A stretch of 64,000 bases of DNA from Eledone cirrhosa (lineage: Eukaryota): positions 8,618,001 to 8,682,000 of the forward strand of contig OZ024750.1 of assembly GCA_964016885.1 (NCBI GenBank), written 5' to 3'. Every line of letters begins with the position of its first letter. The first letter of the stretch is position 1. Of this stretch, positions 12,928 to 25,303 are shown piece after piece. The position numbers and the translations under genes were made by a program. The notes beneath the pieces are model-generated. The model saw only the letters and a list, made by a program, of their open reading frames with translations. It was not told the origin of the DNA and searched no databases.

Positions 12928-12985
<58 letters not shown>

Positions 12986-12989
<4 letters not shown>

Positions 12990-13468
12990 CTAGAAATGGA
13001 TTCTACAGGACTAGAACTGTTTCATTCGAAGGAAATCATCAGGAAAGTTTATATATAAAAATATATACTCTGCAATGTATTGAGTATCTTACATACTGTG
13101 GTTACCCCCGATTGAACCCGGGTCCGTTACACGCACGCATAAACATATAGATATATGAAATTTCACATAAATCACATTCTTCTACACATGACATTAGCAA
13201 GGAGGAAAGCAGAAGGGAAACGAATAGCAAGTTCAGTAGTACTCTGTTACTCAAATACGTGTTCCAGCCGATAGGTTGAGGCCAGGCTGGGGCACCACAA
13301 TTAACATTCAATAATTAAGCCGAACAATGGAAAAAGTAATGGGAACTAAAATAGAGCTAGAAAGCTTACACCTTGACATTTTATTCGGATACATTGGGAA
13401 TAAAATAATACATCTTTTGCAAATTTGGAGAAAATATGAAAAGTTGGAATTGTATTGTTATTTCTGTT
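12986..13468 (-). mobile_element. Insert between (TA)n tracts with a degenerate hammerhead core (putative Penelope-like fragment)
   Basis: Minus strand reads CTGATGA-tTTCcttcGAAt-GAAA-cagttcta at 13011-13042. Bounded by (TA)n at 12931-12985 and (CA)n/(TA)n from 13469. Confidence 0.4.
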
Positions 13469-13469
13469 T

Positions 13470-13537
<68 letters not shown>

Positions 13538-14274
13538 GAGAGAGATCGCAATTTAGTGTGTATATGTTTAATAATGATTAAAGAAAATATGGTAGAGAAT
13601 TATTGTAAATGATTAAATGAATGTAAAATGAAATACGGTGAAGGCCGGAGTGACAAAGAGAAAGGCAAAGAAAATAGATTCAAGCATAGTCGTATATACA
13701 TAGAATGTTGGAATTATTAAATTAAATATACTATAAGCTACATCATTCTGAAGGGTATTATGCTAGTGTATATATATAGATATATATAGATATCTAGCGA
13801 CACGCAGACATATTCATATGTATGTATACATACACACACATATATATATATTAGGGCGTCATTTCAATTGACAACTCTCGTAATAATATAAAACAGTGGA
13901 GGGGAAGTAATTTTTTGTTGTACTGTGTACAATACATTTTATTTTGTTAATAACAGTGCTGTGTGGAACTAAATGAAGTTATGTATAACTGCATAAAAAG
14001 GAATTCTGTATAGAAAGAAAATGAACACTTATAAAATCTCTTAGCTGTCAAAGATGCCCTGTTGTTGAAAGGTAAGGTATTCTAAAGGATAATTCTTTTT
14101 TTATGTTTTCATTTTGTCATACACATACGTATAGAAATCTTCCACTCACACACATAAATGTATACATAAATACACACACACACATATATACACAAACATA
14201 AAAAACGTACATATATACTTACACACACTGACATATATATTCATTCATACGTCCTCACACACATACACACGCGC

Positions 14275-14326
<52 letters not shown>

Positions 14327-14417
14327 CGAAAGAAATATGGTAAGGAACCAGATGGACCATAACGCACCAAAGTACTCAATACTTAGGGTACTAGAGTGGG
14401 TAATAGGAACAAGTATG

Positions 14418-14513
14418 ACCCCGACGGCAGAGCTCAAGCCGTTTCGACGGCTAATTTTGGACTAAATAAGAATTTTTACCCTGGTATATAAATAGCCGAA
14501 CTTCTCAGGGGGT
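14418..14513 (-). ncRNA. Type I hammerhead ribozyme-like motif, variant core
   Basis: Stem I ACCCC/GGGGU, core CUGAGAA, stem II CGGCUA/UAGCCG, GAAA, stem III ACGGC/GCCGU. GUC site with the predicted cut between 14423 and 14422. Confidence 0.7.
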
Positions 14514-15364
14514 AATAGTTAAGGGCTGAAACACCCCATCTGCCGATTTTGTAAGGGGTTACCCCTGCTTACTAAGGTAGACGTAAATCTTTTATCTTTT
14601 CCTTCTCTCCCCCCCCCCCTTCTCTTCCTAGTCCTTTCACCCCAGAACTCCTTCCTTATCCTTATCACCTTTTCGCCTACCCCGATGCAGCCCATCGGTC
14701 CTTTGTAGCTTCAGTACCCCCCACCCCACCCTAATTTTAAGATAGAATTGGCCGATTACGCCTTTTACAGCAGATGTGTTAGACCCCAGTAAATTGTTTT
14801 CTTTCTGGTTGCCGCTCCATTTCTGAGATTTCTAAATTTCTTAGTGGTATTTTTGTATTAGTATCCTTGTATTAGTATTTCTGTATTAGTATTACCAATT
14901 AATATTTCGTATTAGTAATTTTGTAGTAATAATTTAGTATTTTTGTTTTTAACCTGTCATTGTAAGATAGCATTGGCTGATTACTAACTAACTATAGCAG
15001 TGGTGTTAGACCCCCACCGTATTGTGGAAGGGGAGTTGTAACCAGAAATTGTTTTTTATATATTTATTTCCTAATTTTTATAATGGTTTCGTTGTTTACT
15101 CCCTTTCGATTTACCTATTCTTTCAACTCCCCCTCCTCTTCTCCAGTACACTTTTCTCGACCTTCTATACACTATCCTTAGAATATGGTGTATATATTTA
15201 ACTTTCAACGCTTGACTGGGTTTCCCCCACTCCCTCTTTGTTCTACCGGCAAGTTCAGCTACCCCTACCTCCCACCAAATGCCATGATAGAATCATCTGT
15301 CTTTACAACATATTTTTTTTTGACCAATCCTTTTGACAATTACTATCTTCCCATATAAGGAATT

Positions 15365-15460
15365 ACCCCCTGAGAAGTTCGGCTACTTATTTACCAGGCT
15401 AAAAATTCTTATTTAGTCCAGAATTAGCCGTCGAAACGGCTTGAGCTCTGCCGTCGGGGT
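15365..15460 (+). ncRNA. Type I hammerhead ribozyme-like motif, variant core
   Basis: ACCCC(15365-69) CUGAGAA(15370-76) G..CGGCUA...UAGCCG.C GAAA(15433-36) CGGC uugagcucu GCCG UC(15454-55) GGGGU. Confidence 0.7.
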
Positions 15461-15470
15461 CATACTTGTT

Positions 15471-15513
<43 letters not shown>

Positions 15514-15615
15514 AAACACGTCTGATGGAATATTTAGTGTGAAGTAGTGAGAGAGTGAATCAACTTCAAATGAAAGATATAATCACTACTAAATAAATAA
15601 TATTTCTCCTGTATG

Positions 15616-15843
15616 TACGGATGTGAAACTTGGAGGACAACTAAGAAGATGCAGCAGGAGATCCAGACATTCTTTAACACCTGTCTGAGGTACATCTACA
15701 ACTTCAAATGGCCGAAGAAGATCAGAATCGAATATCTGTGGGAGTGAGCGGGACAGGAACCAGAACCAGTAGCAAAGCAATTCCTGTGGAGGAGTTCGAT
15801 TGGACATACTCCCAGGAAACCAGCATCCAGCACCACACGTTAA
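15616..15843 (+). mobile_element. RTE-clade LINE ORF2 fragment (post-RT domain)
   Basis: Translates YGCETWRTTKKMQQEIQTFFNTCLRYIYNFKWPKKIRIEYLWE*...IGHTPRKP, matching the RTE pattern LYG.ETW...CLR.I..I.WP...LW...IGH.LRK. Contains an internal stop. Confidence 0.9.
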
Positions 15844-15954
15844 TCCTATGCCATTACGGGCTGGAACATCTCGAAACTTGTTTCAAGGTCGTTAAGCAAC
15901 TGAGAATACACGATTCCTTTCTAGAGTGACCCCAGTCCTTTTTTTTTAGCCTAC

Positions 15955-16100
15955 CCCTAGCTTCCTCTAGTTGAATGAACTGGAGTAAATGGAAGTAAAA
16001 TGTCTTGCACAAAGATACAATGTTTTCATACCTTGCGAGAATGGAAGTCACGACAATATGATCCTCTGTGGTTGACACTTTAATCACGAGGACTTGCACC
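15955..16100 (-). mobile_element. Partial CORE-like SINE family B
   Basis: TGAACTGGAG...TGTCTTGCACAAAGATACAA matches 19450-19495. Confidence 0.55.
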
Positions 16101-16306
16101 TTCATGAAACTTCTATAGTAACAGTAAATGAAGTAGAAAGAAATAAGAAGCATTGTCTGTAAAATATTTGATGTCGTTTTTGTTAAGTGCTTAGTTTAAA
16201 ATCAACTAAATTACTATATTTTGTATAGCTTACAGTTTCTTTTTTAATATACTTGTCAAGGAAAGAGGGAACATTTTCCAGGCTTTCGTGCAATAAGCAT
16301 CTAGAG

Positions 16307-16446
16307 CAGTCATGGGCAAACTGCGGCCCGAATTGCGTTCTGAATTGCACGCCTAATTGTCTTGAATTCTTTTTAGTAGTGCACTCCGCCTTATGATGAA
16401 TCACATCCTATGAGACCCACTGCTCATGGAAGGTTGCCCATGCCTT
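16307..16446. mobile_element. hAT (Charlie-like) MITE, 140 bp
   Basis: TIRs CAGTCATGGGCAAACT / AGGTTGCCCATGCCTT. Perfect 8-bp TSD ATCTAGAG at 16299-16306 and 16447-16454. Confidence 0.9.
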
Positions 16447-17019
16447 ATCTAGAGTATATTATAATTATAGATCTATAGAGATCTATTGTACAGGATTCAA
16501 AGGATTGCATAAACGGAATATAGTTACAGAAATCCCCATAAATAAAATTGATTAAAATCAGAACCACGTTTCCAATATGGCTGGATTCTCGCTAGAGATA
16601 TCCATAACATTAACCAACCACGACGATATAATAACTGACGTCTTGATATTTACGACTGTTTCATGCTGTAACCATCTGCTATAAGATTTCAATGAGGGTC
16701 ATACTTCGGGTCAGTTTGCGCTTCGTTTTCAAAATTATGTAAATATAACATGGTAAACGTCTTTAGTATGTTTGTTTCCATAGATACTCACACAGCCTCG
16801 GTTGAAATCTAAAGATTCTCTATACACATTCATGCAGCTTTGATAGAAGTGCCAAGACAGAGATATAAAAGAATATTAAACGTAATTATATATATATATA
16901 TATATATAAATACAATATATTACTTATATATACTAAGTTAAGGTATCGTATCAAACATATAAAATATGTATGATAATTATTTCACAATGTACAAAATACT
17001 GTTTCCAAAACGATATATG

Positions 17020-17248
17020 GCTCGCTCTCTCTCTCTCTAGCTCTCGCTCTCTCTCTCTAGCTCTCGCTCTCTCTCTCTCTAGCTCTCGCTCTAGCTATAT
17101 ATATATCTCTCTCTCTCTCTAGCTATCTCTCTCTCTCTCTCTAGCTATATATATATCTCTCTCTCTCTAGCTCTCTCTAGCTCACTCTCTCTCTAGCTTG
17201 CTCTCTCTCGCTCGCTCTCTAGCCTCCCCCTCTCCCCCTCTCTCCCTC
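17020..17248. repeat. (CT)n tract punctuated by CTAGCT units
   Basis: Direct reading. Confidence 0.9.
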
Positions 17249-17580
17249 TGTATAGATAATATGTATACTTGAAGAAATGACAACACAAATACAGGGATGC
17301 GAAAACTCTTAATATCACGCTTAATATCACGCTTAATATCATGCATATACACATATATATATTTTCATTTATGTGTGTGTGTGTGTGTGAAATTGCATAC
17401 AAGAAATATGAATATCAAAATAATAATTCTATCCCTATTGATATTTATTTTAATAATAATATTCGATGTTTCCTAAGATAATTTCTGCTTGTCCTTGCAT
17501 AAACATTAGATTGCAATGTTGTTTTTAATCTTTTATCCCTCCTTTTCAATGTTATTCACATTCTACATATACAGCATGAC

Positions 17581-17621
<41 letters not shown>

Positions 17622-17657
17622 TTATATATAATATATATATATATAATATATATATAT

Positions 17658-17841
17658 AATTGTTTCTACTTTAGGCACAAGGCCAGCTAATTATCCAGTG
17701 CATTACTGGTACTTTATTTTATCGACCCCGTAAGGATGAAAGGCAAAGTCAACCTCGGCGGGATTTGAACTCAGATCGTAAAGGGACGTAACTATGCTGG
17801 AAAGCATGGCGACCGACCCTCTACCGATACTGCCAATCCAC
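17658..17841 (-). mobile_element. SINE family A, inserted in (TA)n
   Basis: Near-consensus reverse copy. Confidence 0.92.
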
Positions 17842-18033
17842 ATAAAATATATATATATATATTATATGTATGTATGTATGTATGTGTGTGTTTGTATGTG
17901 TGTGTTTGTATATATGTGTGAGTGTGTATATATATATTATATAATGAAAACATTTTTTGAACAGGGACAAAAGAGAGGCAGTACAATAAATGTTTATTAA
18001 TTTCACGCTCAGGAGAGTGGGGGGTAGGTGGGG

Positions 18034-18068
18034 GACGACGTTTCGGGCATAAGCCCTTCCTCAGGTGA
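18034..18068 (-). ncRNA. Minimal hammerhead motif (Penelope-type)
   Basis: Minus strand AC-CUGAGGA-A-GGGC uuau GCCC-GAAA-CG-UC-GU. Canonical core, 4-bp stem II and palindromic ACGU in place of stem III, but stem I is only 2 bp. Confidence 0.55.
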
Positions 18069-18771
18069 GAAGTGTGTGGGAACAGAGTTCAAAAGGTGTG
18101 TAGGGGAGTGGTGGAGAGACATATAACGAAAAAAGATAAAAAATATAAAAATAAAGCATGATCAAAATACAAGGAATGAGAAAATTTAAAAATAAATATA
18201 TATTCAGAATTCCTTATTTCTCTAACGTTTTTATTTTGCCATACATACATACGTACGTACGTGTGTGTGTGTATGTGTGCAAAACGTGCATATCTCTGAG
18301 CGATATAAAAAACAATCATGTATATGATGAGTGCAATTTAGAAATCATGATACCGAACATTGTTTTGCTGGGGCCATCATTGACGTCAGTAAAATGGAAT
18401 CGTTGATTCCAGAAAAATCACTAAAGTTTTCCGCTACGATAACCTACCACGTAGAAGAATCCATAAAGCAGCACATAACATTAATACATGAAATTCACCG
18501 AAACAGTCAAAGAGGAAAGAAAATAATACATGTAGAATAAAAATGAAAGAATTCTATAACTCCATCAAATACTAAATGTCGCAGAGGTGAAATATAACCA
18601 CTAATTTATAATTTTAATAACCTGAAATTTAAAACATGTTGAGGGCAATTATCGATCCAAATTTGAGTACTTGAAATTATATGTTGAGGTTTTTAAGTAC
18701 ACATGCCCGCACTCTATGTATGTGTTTATGTAATATATATATATATAATTGTGTGGGTGTGTGTGTATTTA

Positions 18772-18802
<31 letters not shown>

Positions 18803-19265
18803 GTGTGTGTGTGTATTTATATATATATATATATAAACTGGTGGTTGTTATTACGATGAATTTGAACTATATGGTTCCATAACATTTGTAGATAATTATT
18901 AATTATAATACACAATCATGACAATTAATAACATCAGTAGAAACACAAGCAATACTATCTGTGAAATTAATAGTAGTATGGCTATCTTACAGTGGTATGG
19001 ATGTCTTAGTCTAGTTAAGGTTGCGTTGGTCCAGACCTTGAAAAACTAAAGTAAACTGATAAACTCAATAGATAGTGTGGAAAATTCTATGCCTTGAGTG
19101 ACTGATATAGCTTTGTGACGGTCATCATTTAGACATCCAGGGTCATTGACCCTTGGACTACTGTTTTGTTTTCTCTCAGCCAAACAGAGATTATTTATTA
19201 ACAATACTTAAAATCATCTGGAGTTTCAGTTAACCTATTTTGAATTACCTCTGTTTCCTGTTTGT

Positions 19266-19543
19266 CGTTGGATCTTCATCGATTGCGATGGCGGGTGTTC
19301 CAGCCTGCTCATGAAATGAATGTACAAGTATAGCTGAACATTCACATACACTATACACTTAATGTAATTCTCAAGCAGGTGGAGAATTACACATACTGCA
19401 ACATGACTGGCCTTTTATACTACAGATACAACTCATTATTTTTCAACTGATTGAACTGGAAAAACGTGAAATAAAGTGTCTTGCTCAATGACACAGCACG
19501 CCACAGGGACCCTAACATTCTAAACAATAAGCCATGCTCCTTC
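19266..19543 (-). mobile_element. CORE-like SINE family B
   Basis: Reverse complement contains CTGTGTCATTGAGCAAGACACTTTATTTCAC, similar to the CORE domain (CTGTGTGACCTTGGGCAAGTTACTT). Confidence 0.75.
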
Positions 19544-20634
19544 ACTTTTATATATACAAGATGTTGACAATGTACGAATTGATTGTTTAAAGTTTTGTAT
19601 TATCAACTTGCCGACAAATATATGTCGACGTATTTCAATGTACCTTTTGATTTCAATTCTTTGTTGAAATACAATAATCGATTTTTATTAAGTTGTTTTC
19701 CTGCCACAACCAGAAATGAGAAAGCAGCCAGCAGTCCAGTTTTCATTAATCACAATAACATGGGGTGCTATTAATAGAAAGCTTAATATAGGGGAAGGGT
19801 GGAACAGAAAATCCAGAACAGTATTTATAGTGGTCATTCAGTCTTAAAATTACATATACACTGCAGATTGTATGATAAAAATTTCGGCGTTTTACTGTGC
19901 GACTGCCACAGTAACAATTCGAATCGATTTCTAACAAAATTTCGTGTCTGCTCATTTTAAATAGAAGTGTGTTGTCGATGAAATCGTCCTCAGTATTTGA
20001 CCGTTGCCTATTTTATCGATCCAGGAAAAATTAGGTATGAACTAAAAATACAAAGTTATACAGGAATCTTAATTTATAGCCTAAGCCATGCTATAAATAA
20101 TAGATAATTTCCCTGAAAGCATGTGAATAAATAATAGACAAACGATAATGTAGTCCACTATAAATTTGACATGACTATGGGATAATCAAGGATGGAATGC
20201 TTTTGATTATAAGGCTACTCGATAAAGAAAATTGCCTTGGGCTAAGCAACACTTAGTAAATACATCACAACATTTTTCTAGCATTATATTCTGTGTTTCA
20301 GAGCTCCTGGTCTTTTTTTTTTTTAATAATTTGTTTCGAGGTAGAACACGGTTCTTTTTATCACTATGATTAATTATCAAAGACCATGGTTATCAATGGC
20401 GGACTTTCTATGCTGCCTTTAAGCATTCGCTGTATTTTAATGTGTCCCAATCTAAACAATACTGTCTGTCGTAATTAAACCACGCTTTAAAACACTCCTC
20501 AATCACTTGTGTATCTATGAGTTGTGTACTCCTTTTATATTTTCTATCCTTACTAAAAAGCTTCTCTACTTTGGATTTATCGATTGTATAATATATATTA
20601 AACTTTGCAATATATTCAGAGAGTCCAACAGAGA

Positions 20635-20832
20635 ACATCTATGCAGTCACTTGACGTATTAGAAATAGCAGCTAATAATTCTTCAAATCACGGTCTTAGA
20701 AAAAAAATGTGTGTGTGTGTGTGTGTTTAATACTGTTTAATACTGTTTATGATTCACTACACATGAACAAGAAATAAAATGTCCATGGCTAGAATACTTT
20801 TGATCTGAAGGCGTCTTCATCAGGCTAAAAAC
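20635..20832 (+). repeat. Old interspersed repeat family C (also ~20170-20250, 23310-23490 minus, 26390-26570, 29220-29410)
   Basis: Shared degenerate motifs TAGAAATAGCAGC..AAAT and GGAAT..TTTGATC..AGG...GGCTAAA.AAC. Confidence 0.45.
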
Positions 20833-22256
20833 ATGTTTTTTTTTCTATAATTTTCATATTGAATGTATCTCATTCTCTTGACGCTGTCACAAGCAATTTG
20901 TCAAGTGTCTGCTTTTTAGAACTATATTCTTCTGATCCTCATCCCCTGCCGATATTTTTTTCTAAATTATTGATTTTCCTTTATTCAACCCAAACACCAC
21001 CTGTAGTAACCCCTCTCAAAGATATCCCACACAACCCAGGAAAGAAATATATAGCTATGAAAACCACTCTCTCTATCTCTCATGAAGATTAAATGATATA
21101 AACATTCTTTTCATCATCAATTAACTTCAATGTTGCGTTTTTAATTAAATAATTAGTTGGAAATTATAGCGAAGCAGGAGTTCAGTCTTAATCATTGAAT
21201 GATACCAAGATAAAATGAACATTCTAAATAGTAATTTCTAGGTCGAGTGGCGTCAAATAAATAAATCTAACATTAGACAACAGCCTTAATACTGATTTGA
21301 CTTCATGAATAACTAACCGCTAATTTACTATGGCGGCCTTGTTGCTAAGGCAGTGATTAATTACTGAATATAATTGCATTGAAAGTAATTTATTGATCCG
21401 TTACACCAATGTCTAGAGTTATGATACACGTTTGGAGGTTGTTTCTTATCTTTAATTCTACTGACAGATAGGTGATTGCTAAATAGTATACTGTAAAACA
21501 AATATGACAAAACTTAAACGAGTGATGTCAATTATTTAAAAAAAAGGGGCATCAGAACCTGAATACAAATGACTTCAGCCAACTAATAACAAAGTTAATG
21601 AATGCATCAAGGAATTCTACTGTTTTCATTTGACAAAAGACCATGAATCAAAGCATAATAGAATTTCTAACTAATTCATTTCACAACCAACACATATTAC
21701 CATATAAGAAGCTGAATAGAAAGCCGCATTGTTATATATATTTTTATTATTTTCTAGAACGAAAATGAAATGACAGATAGGATCCCATTGATTTTTCACC
21801 AAGGGAAAGTCAAATTTCTAGGTTTCTAGGAGGAGTTTGACAGTAAGCACACATTTCAAAAATCTTGCAATTGACTCGTGATAAACGATTTGGTTTCTAT
21901 GTAAATATGAGAAGTAGTCAACTTGAAATTGATCGGTATTCCCCTCGTGGTTCTTGTGGAATAAGCTGTATAGACACACATACATATAGAAAATCCTGCT
22001 CCACACTAGCTCACACGGACATGAGTACATTATATTATATTATATTATATTATATTATATATATATATAATATTGAGAGAGAAAGACGGACATACAATAA
22101 TCATATATACATAAATACGCACCCTCCCACATACACACATGTGCGTGTATATATATTTTTATATATATATATGTATCAATATCTCTTTATATGCACACAT
22201 TCATATACGTACACACACACATATACATATGTATACATCACTGGCTTACACACACA

Positions 22257-22296
<40 letters not shown>

Positions 22297-22404
22297 ATCC
22301 GAATGATGGATTAGGTCTACAGCCACTGAAGGTCATGTTGAGATTAGATTTTTTGTGAAAAATATCTGTAACAAATACCGCCCCAGACTGGTTCCACATT
22401 TATT

Positions 22405-22530
22405 AAGTGTCGATGTGATGAAGGCAAAAATGACCTCGGCGTGATTTGAACTCAGAGAGCAGAGTGCGGAAACGAATACCGCAAAACATTCTATCCGATG
22501 CTCTAACGACTCTGTCAATTCACCGCCTTT
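22405..22530 (-). mobile_element. Older SINE family A head and core
   Basis: GATGAAGGCAAAAATGACCTCGGCGTGATTTGAACTCAG...AATTCACCGCC. Confidence 0.8.
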
Positions 22531-24366
22531 AAATAGCAACTAGCAACATATCAATGATGAAAACTACTGATATAATATATACAAAAAATTAGTTACAAAA
22601 CAAAATAACAGTAGTGAGAATAACAAGTCATTCCCCCTAAACCAATAAATACAGAATTTCACATATAATATATTAGCTACCACCACACCATCGAGATACC
22701 AATCCTGTATCAAAAACTGATGTATTAACATCGGAACATAATCAACAATAGTTTTGCAAATATTGCCAAATCCACATAGCGCCAAAGGAAGATTTAAACT
22801 CTTAAAAGCTAAGCAAATCGTGTCTCTTTTTAATATCGAATTGAAATAAGCCAGTATAAGTTACGAGATCTAGCCATTGGCACAAAGAATTAATACGAAA
22901 GATTATAAATGTTGACGCTATAACTGTAAAAGTAGGAATAGTAATATATTAGTTTGGGCCTTGGGGCAATAATGTATTGGAATTGTTAACAGAAATCATT
23001 TTCAGAAAAACATATTTAAAATCCATGGACTTATTGTTCTCTACCGTCGTAGATTTTTATGGAAGATTGAAACTTCACTGTTCAGGTATGGTACCGGAGG
23101 GGACATCACCTTACTATATGAAATATGTTAGTTAGAATTATATGTCTGTCAGTAACGAACATTTCTGGAATATCAAGCAATTTTCCAGTTAACTGTTATA
23201 GAAGAAAGAACAGCACTGACTATATTCCTATCGGGTTTCAACTTACATGCTGCAAGGACACTGTCATGATTGTAACTTAGTGATTTTATTTGCCTTTTTT
23301 ACAACGTCTGTTATTGTTTACAGCCAGATTAACCCTGATCAAGTAGATCTATGATCAAAGATGTCCTAACTGTTATCACCCCTCCTTTTTATTCACACAA
23401 CCTATCAAAGACCACATCACCTAATGTCTCCTTCGGTATTTTTAAAACATCAAACGTTCATGATTTCTGAGACGGTTAGTTTTATTTCTAATGTAGCTAT
23501 AATCTCATAAATATGTTTATACCAGAAAATATATTGAACAACGGCAATATCAGTAGTAACATCCATCAATACTGACAGGAGGAAGCAAATAAACTTCTCT
23601 TTTCAATCGCTTGAATGATAGAACTATCAATTAAATCTATCCCAGTTCACGCGCCACTGTCTTAAAAAGGAAAGACACGTTAACTTACGTGGTCTTTCAT
23701 TCTTTGATTCACTTTCCCTGAATACAATATGGAATGAAAATTGATGGAACGATATTGAACCTAGGTCTTCGTAATCACGACTGAACTGGAGGAGACAAGC
23801 AAAACAAGTAAAACAAGTAATAAATAATATAACATCAATAACTACAACAGTAGCAATTAAATCAAAGTACGTGAATGGATATCAGCAATTAAAACAGTAA
23901 TAATAGGCAGCAACAGTTGCAGTAGCGAAACAAAACAGTAGAAAAAATTGAAAGATGGAAAACAACTTTTAGAAAAGCAACTACAACACTAGATAGAAAC
24001 GTGATAACAGATGATAGATAAAAATTCCTCGTTTTCTGAGAAATTCTTTTTAATTCTTTGATTTCCCTGTTTGCAAAATGGTTATATGACACTCTACTTT
24101 GATATGCAAGAGATAAGCCAGAAGTTATATAGTGTGGCGTAATCTAGTCAAATAAAAATCAAGGGAAATTCTAGAACATTCACTCACTGTATTGGTTATA
24201 AAAACTATAATTTGGAAACCATTTTCGAACGAATAACGGAGAATTACTGACGAATTGAAACGCTAGAGAATTGATGATTTTATTTTATCATAATACATTC
24301 GCTCACATACACAAACAAACCTTAAAATGAACATTAACAAATATAAATAAAAAGGAAATACGATAT

Positions 24367-24435
24367 AATTGTTTCTACTTTAGGCACAAGGCCAGCAATT
24401 ACCCAGTGCATTACTGGTACTTTATTTTATCGACG
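24367..24435 (-). mobile_element. 5'-truncated SINE family A (tail only)
   Basis: Matches the consensus tail through ...TTTTATCGAC. Confidence 0.85.
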
Positions 24436-25262
24436 ATATAATAAACGTTGTCAATATGATGATAATAAAGAGTTGGAAGATATTGAATACTATTCTCACG
24501 CGTTTAGTTATTTCTCTTGCCCTATAGCTGGATGATAAAATCAATCTATATGCTATTAAGTTTCAGAATGTGTTCTCTTCACTATGTGTACGGACAAGTT
24601 AGTGAAAAGTTTTCATTGTTCGGCAAAAAATATTTAGACTAATATACTTTCACTCACAAGCCCCTTTGCCTCAAATACACAGGTTGTTTCAAAACGGCTA
24701 TATTTCAAAAGGCTATATTTTTAAAAACAAATGACCATATAATCATGCAGTGACTTGTACAATATATATCTGAATATAAAGGTTTATTCTTTTCTATAAA
24801 TGTTTATAAAGATATTTACATAGAGCATTTGGTAAAATTGTAAATAAAATCAACTGATTCTTTTTGGTACACTATGTGTGTTTGTATATTACTGAACGGC
24901 TATTACTCAGCACTGTATCTCTCGCAAAGTCTTTATCTAGAGGGTGAAGGATATTTCCTACACCACGTCTCAACCTGCAGTAGATCCTTTCAGTCCTTTG
25001 CCGAAAGAATTTCTATTAACCTTTTAGAATGTATGTATGTTCACTTACATGGCGGCGTCCTCAGTTGAAGTGCCGTCATTTGGTCTTTCTATTTCAGTGT
25101 AGAAGGGAGTCATACATAATATAATATTGACAACCTCATGTATTTATGTCTGTATGCATACATACATAAATAGATGCATGCTTGTATGTTTAGTAGAGTA
25201 TATAAATTTGGTTGTGCAAGCGCTTGTCACTGTGCTTCTATTTTTACATGAAAACATGTGGA

Positions 25263-25303
<41 letters not shown>

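Larger units (their letters stand above)
14325..15474. mobile_element. Non-autonomous element with inverted hammerhead-bearing arms, inserted in (TA)n
   Basis: 14404-14516 and 15362-15474 form a 113-bp inverted repeat with 4 mismatches. (TA)n lies on both sides, there is no ORF, and an internal ~50-bp direct repeat sits at 14738-14787 and 14963-15014. Confidence 0.85.

Noticed and set aside
13852-14062. Possible MITE with AGGGCGTC / GATGCCCT termini
   Set aside because: The terminal match is only ~8-10 bp, with no clear TSD or second copy.
18381-18388. TGACGTCA CRE palindrome (also at 46922)
   Set aside because: An 8-mer is expected by chance in 64 kb, and there is no promoter context.
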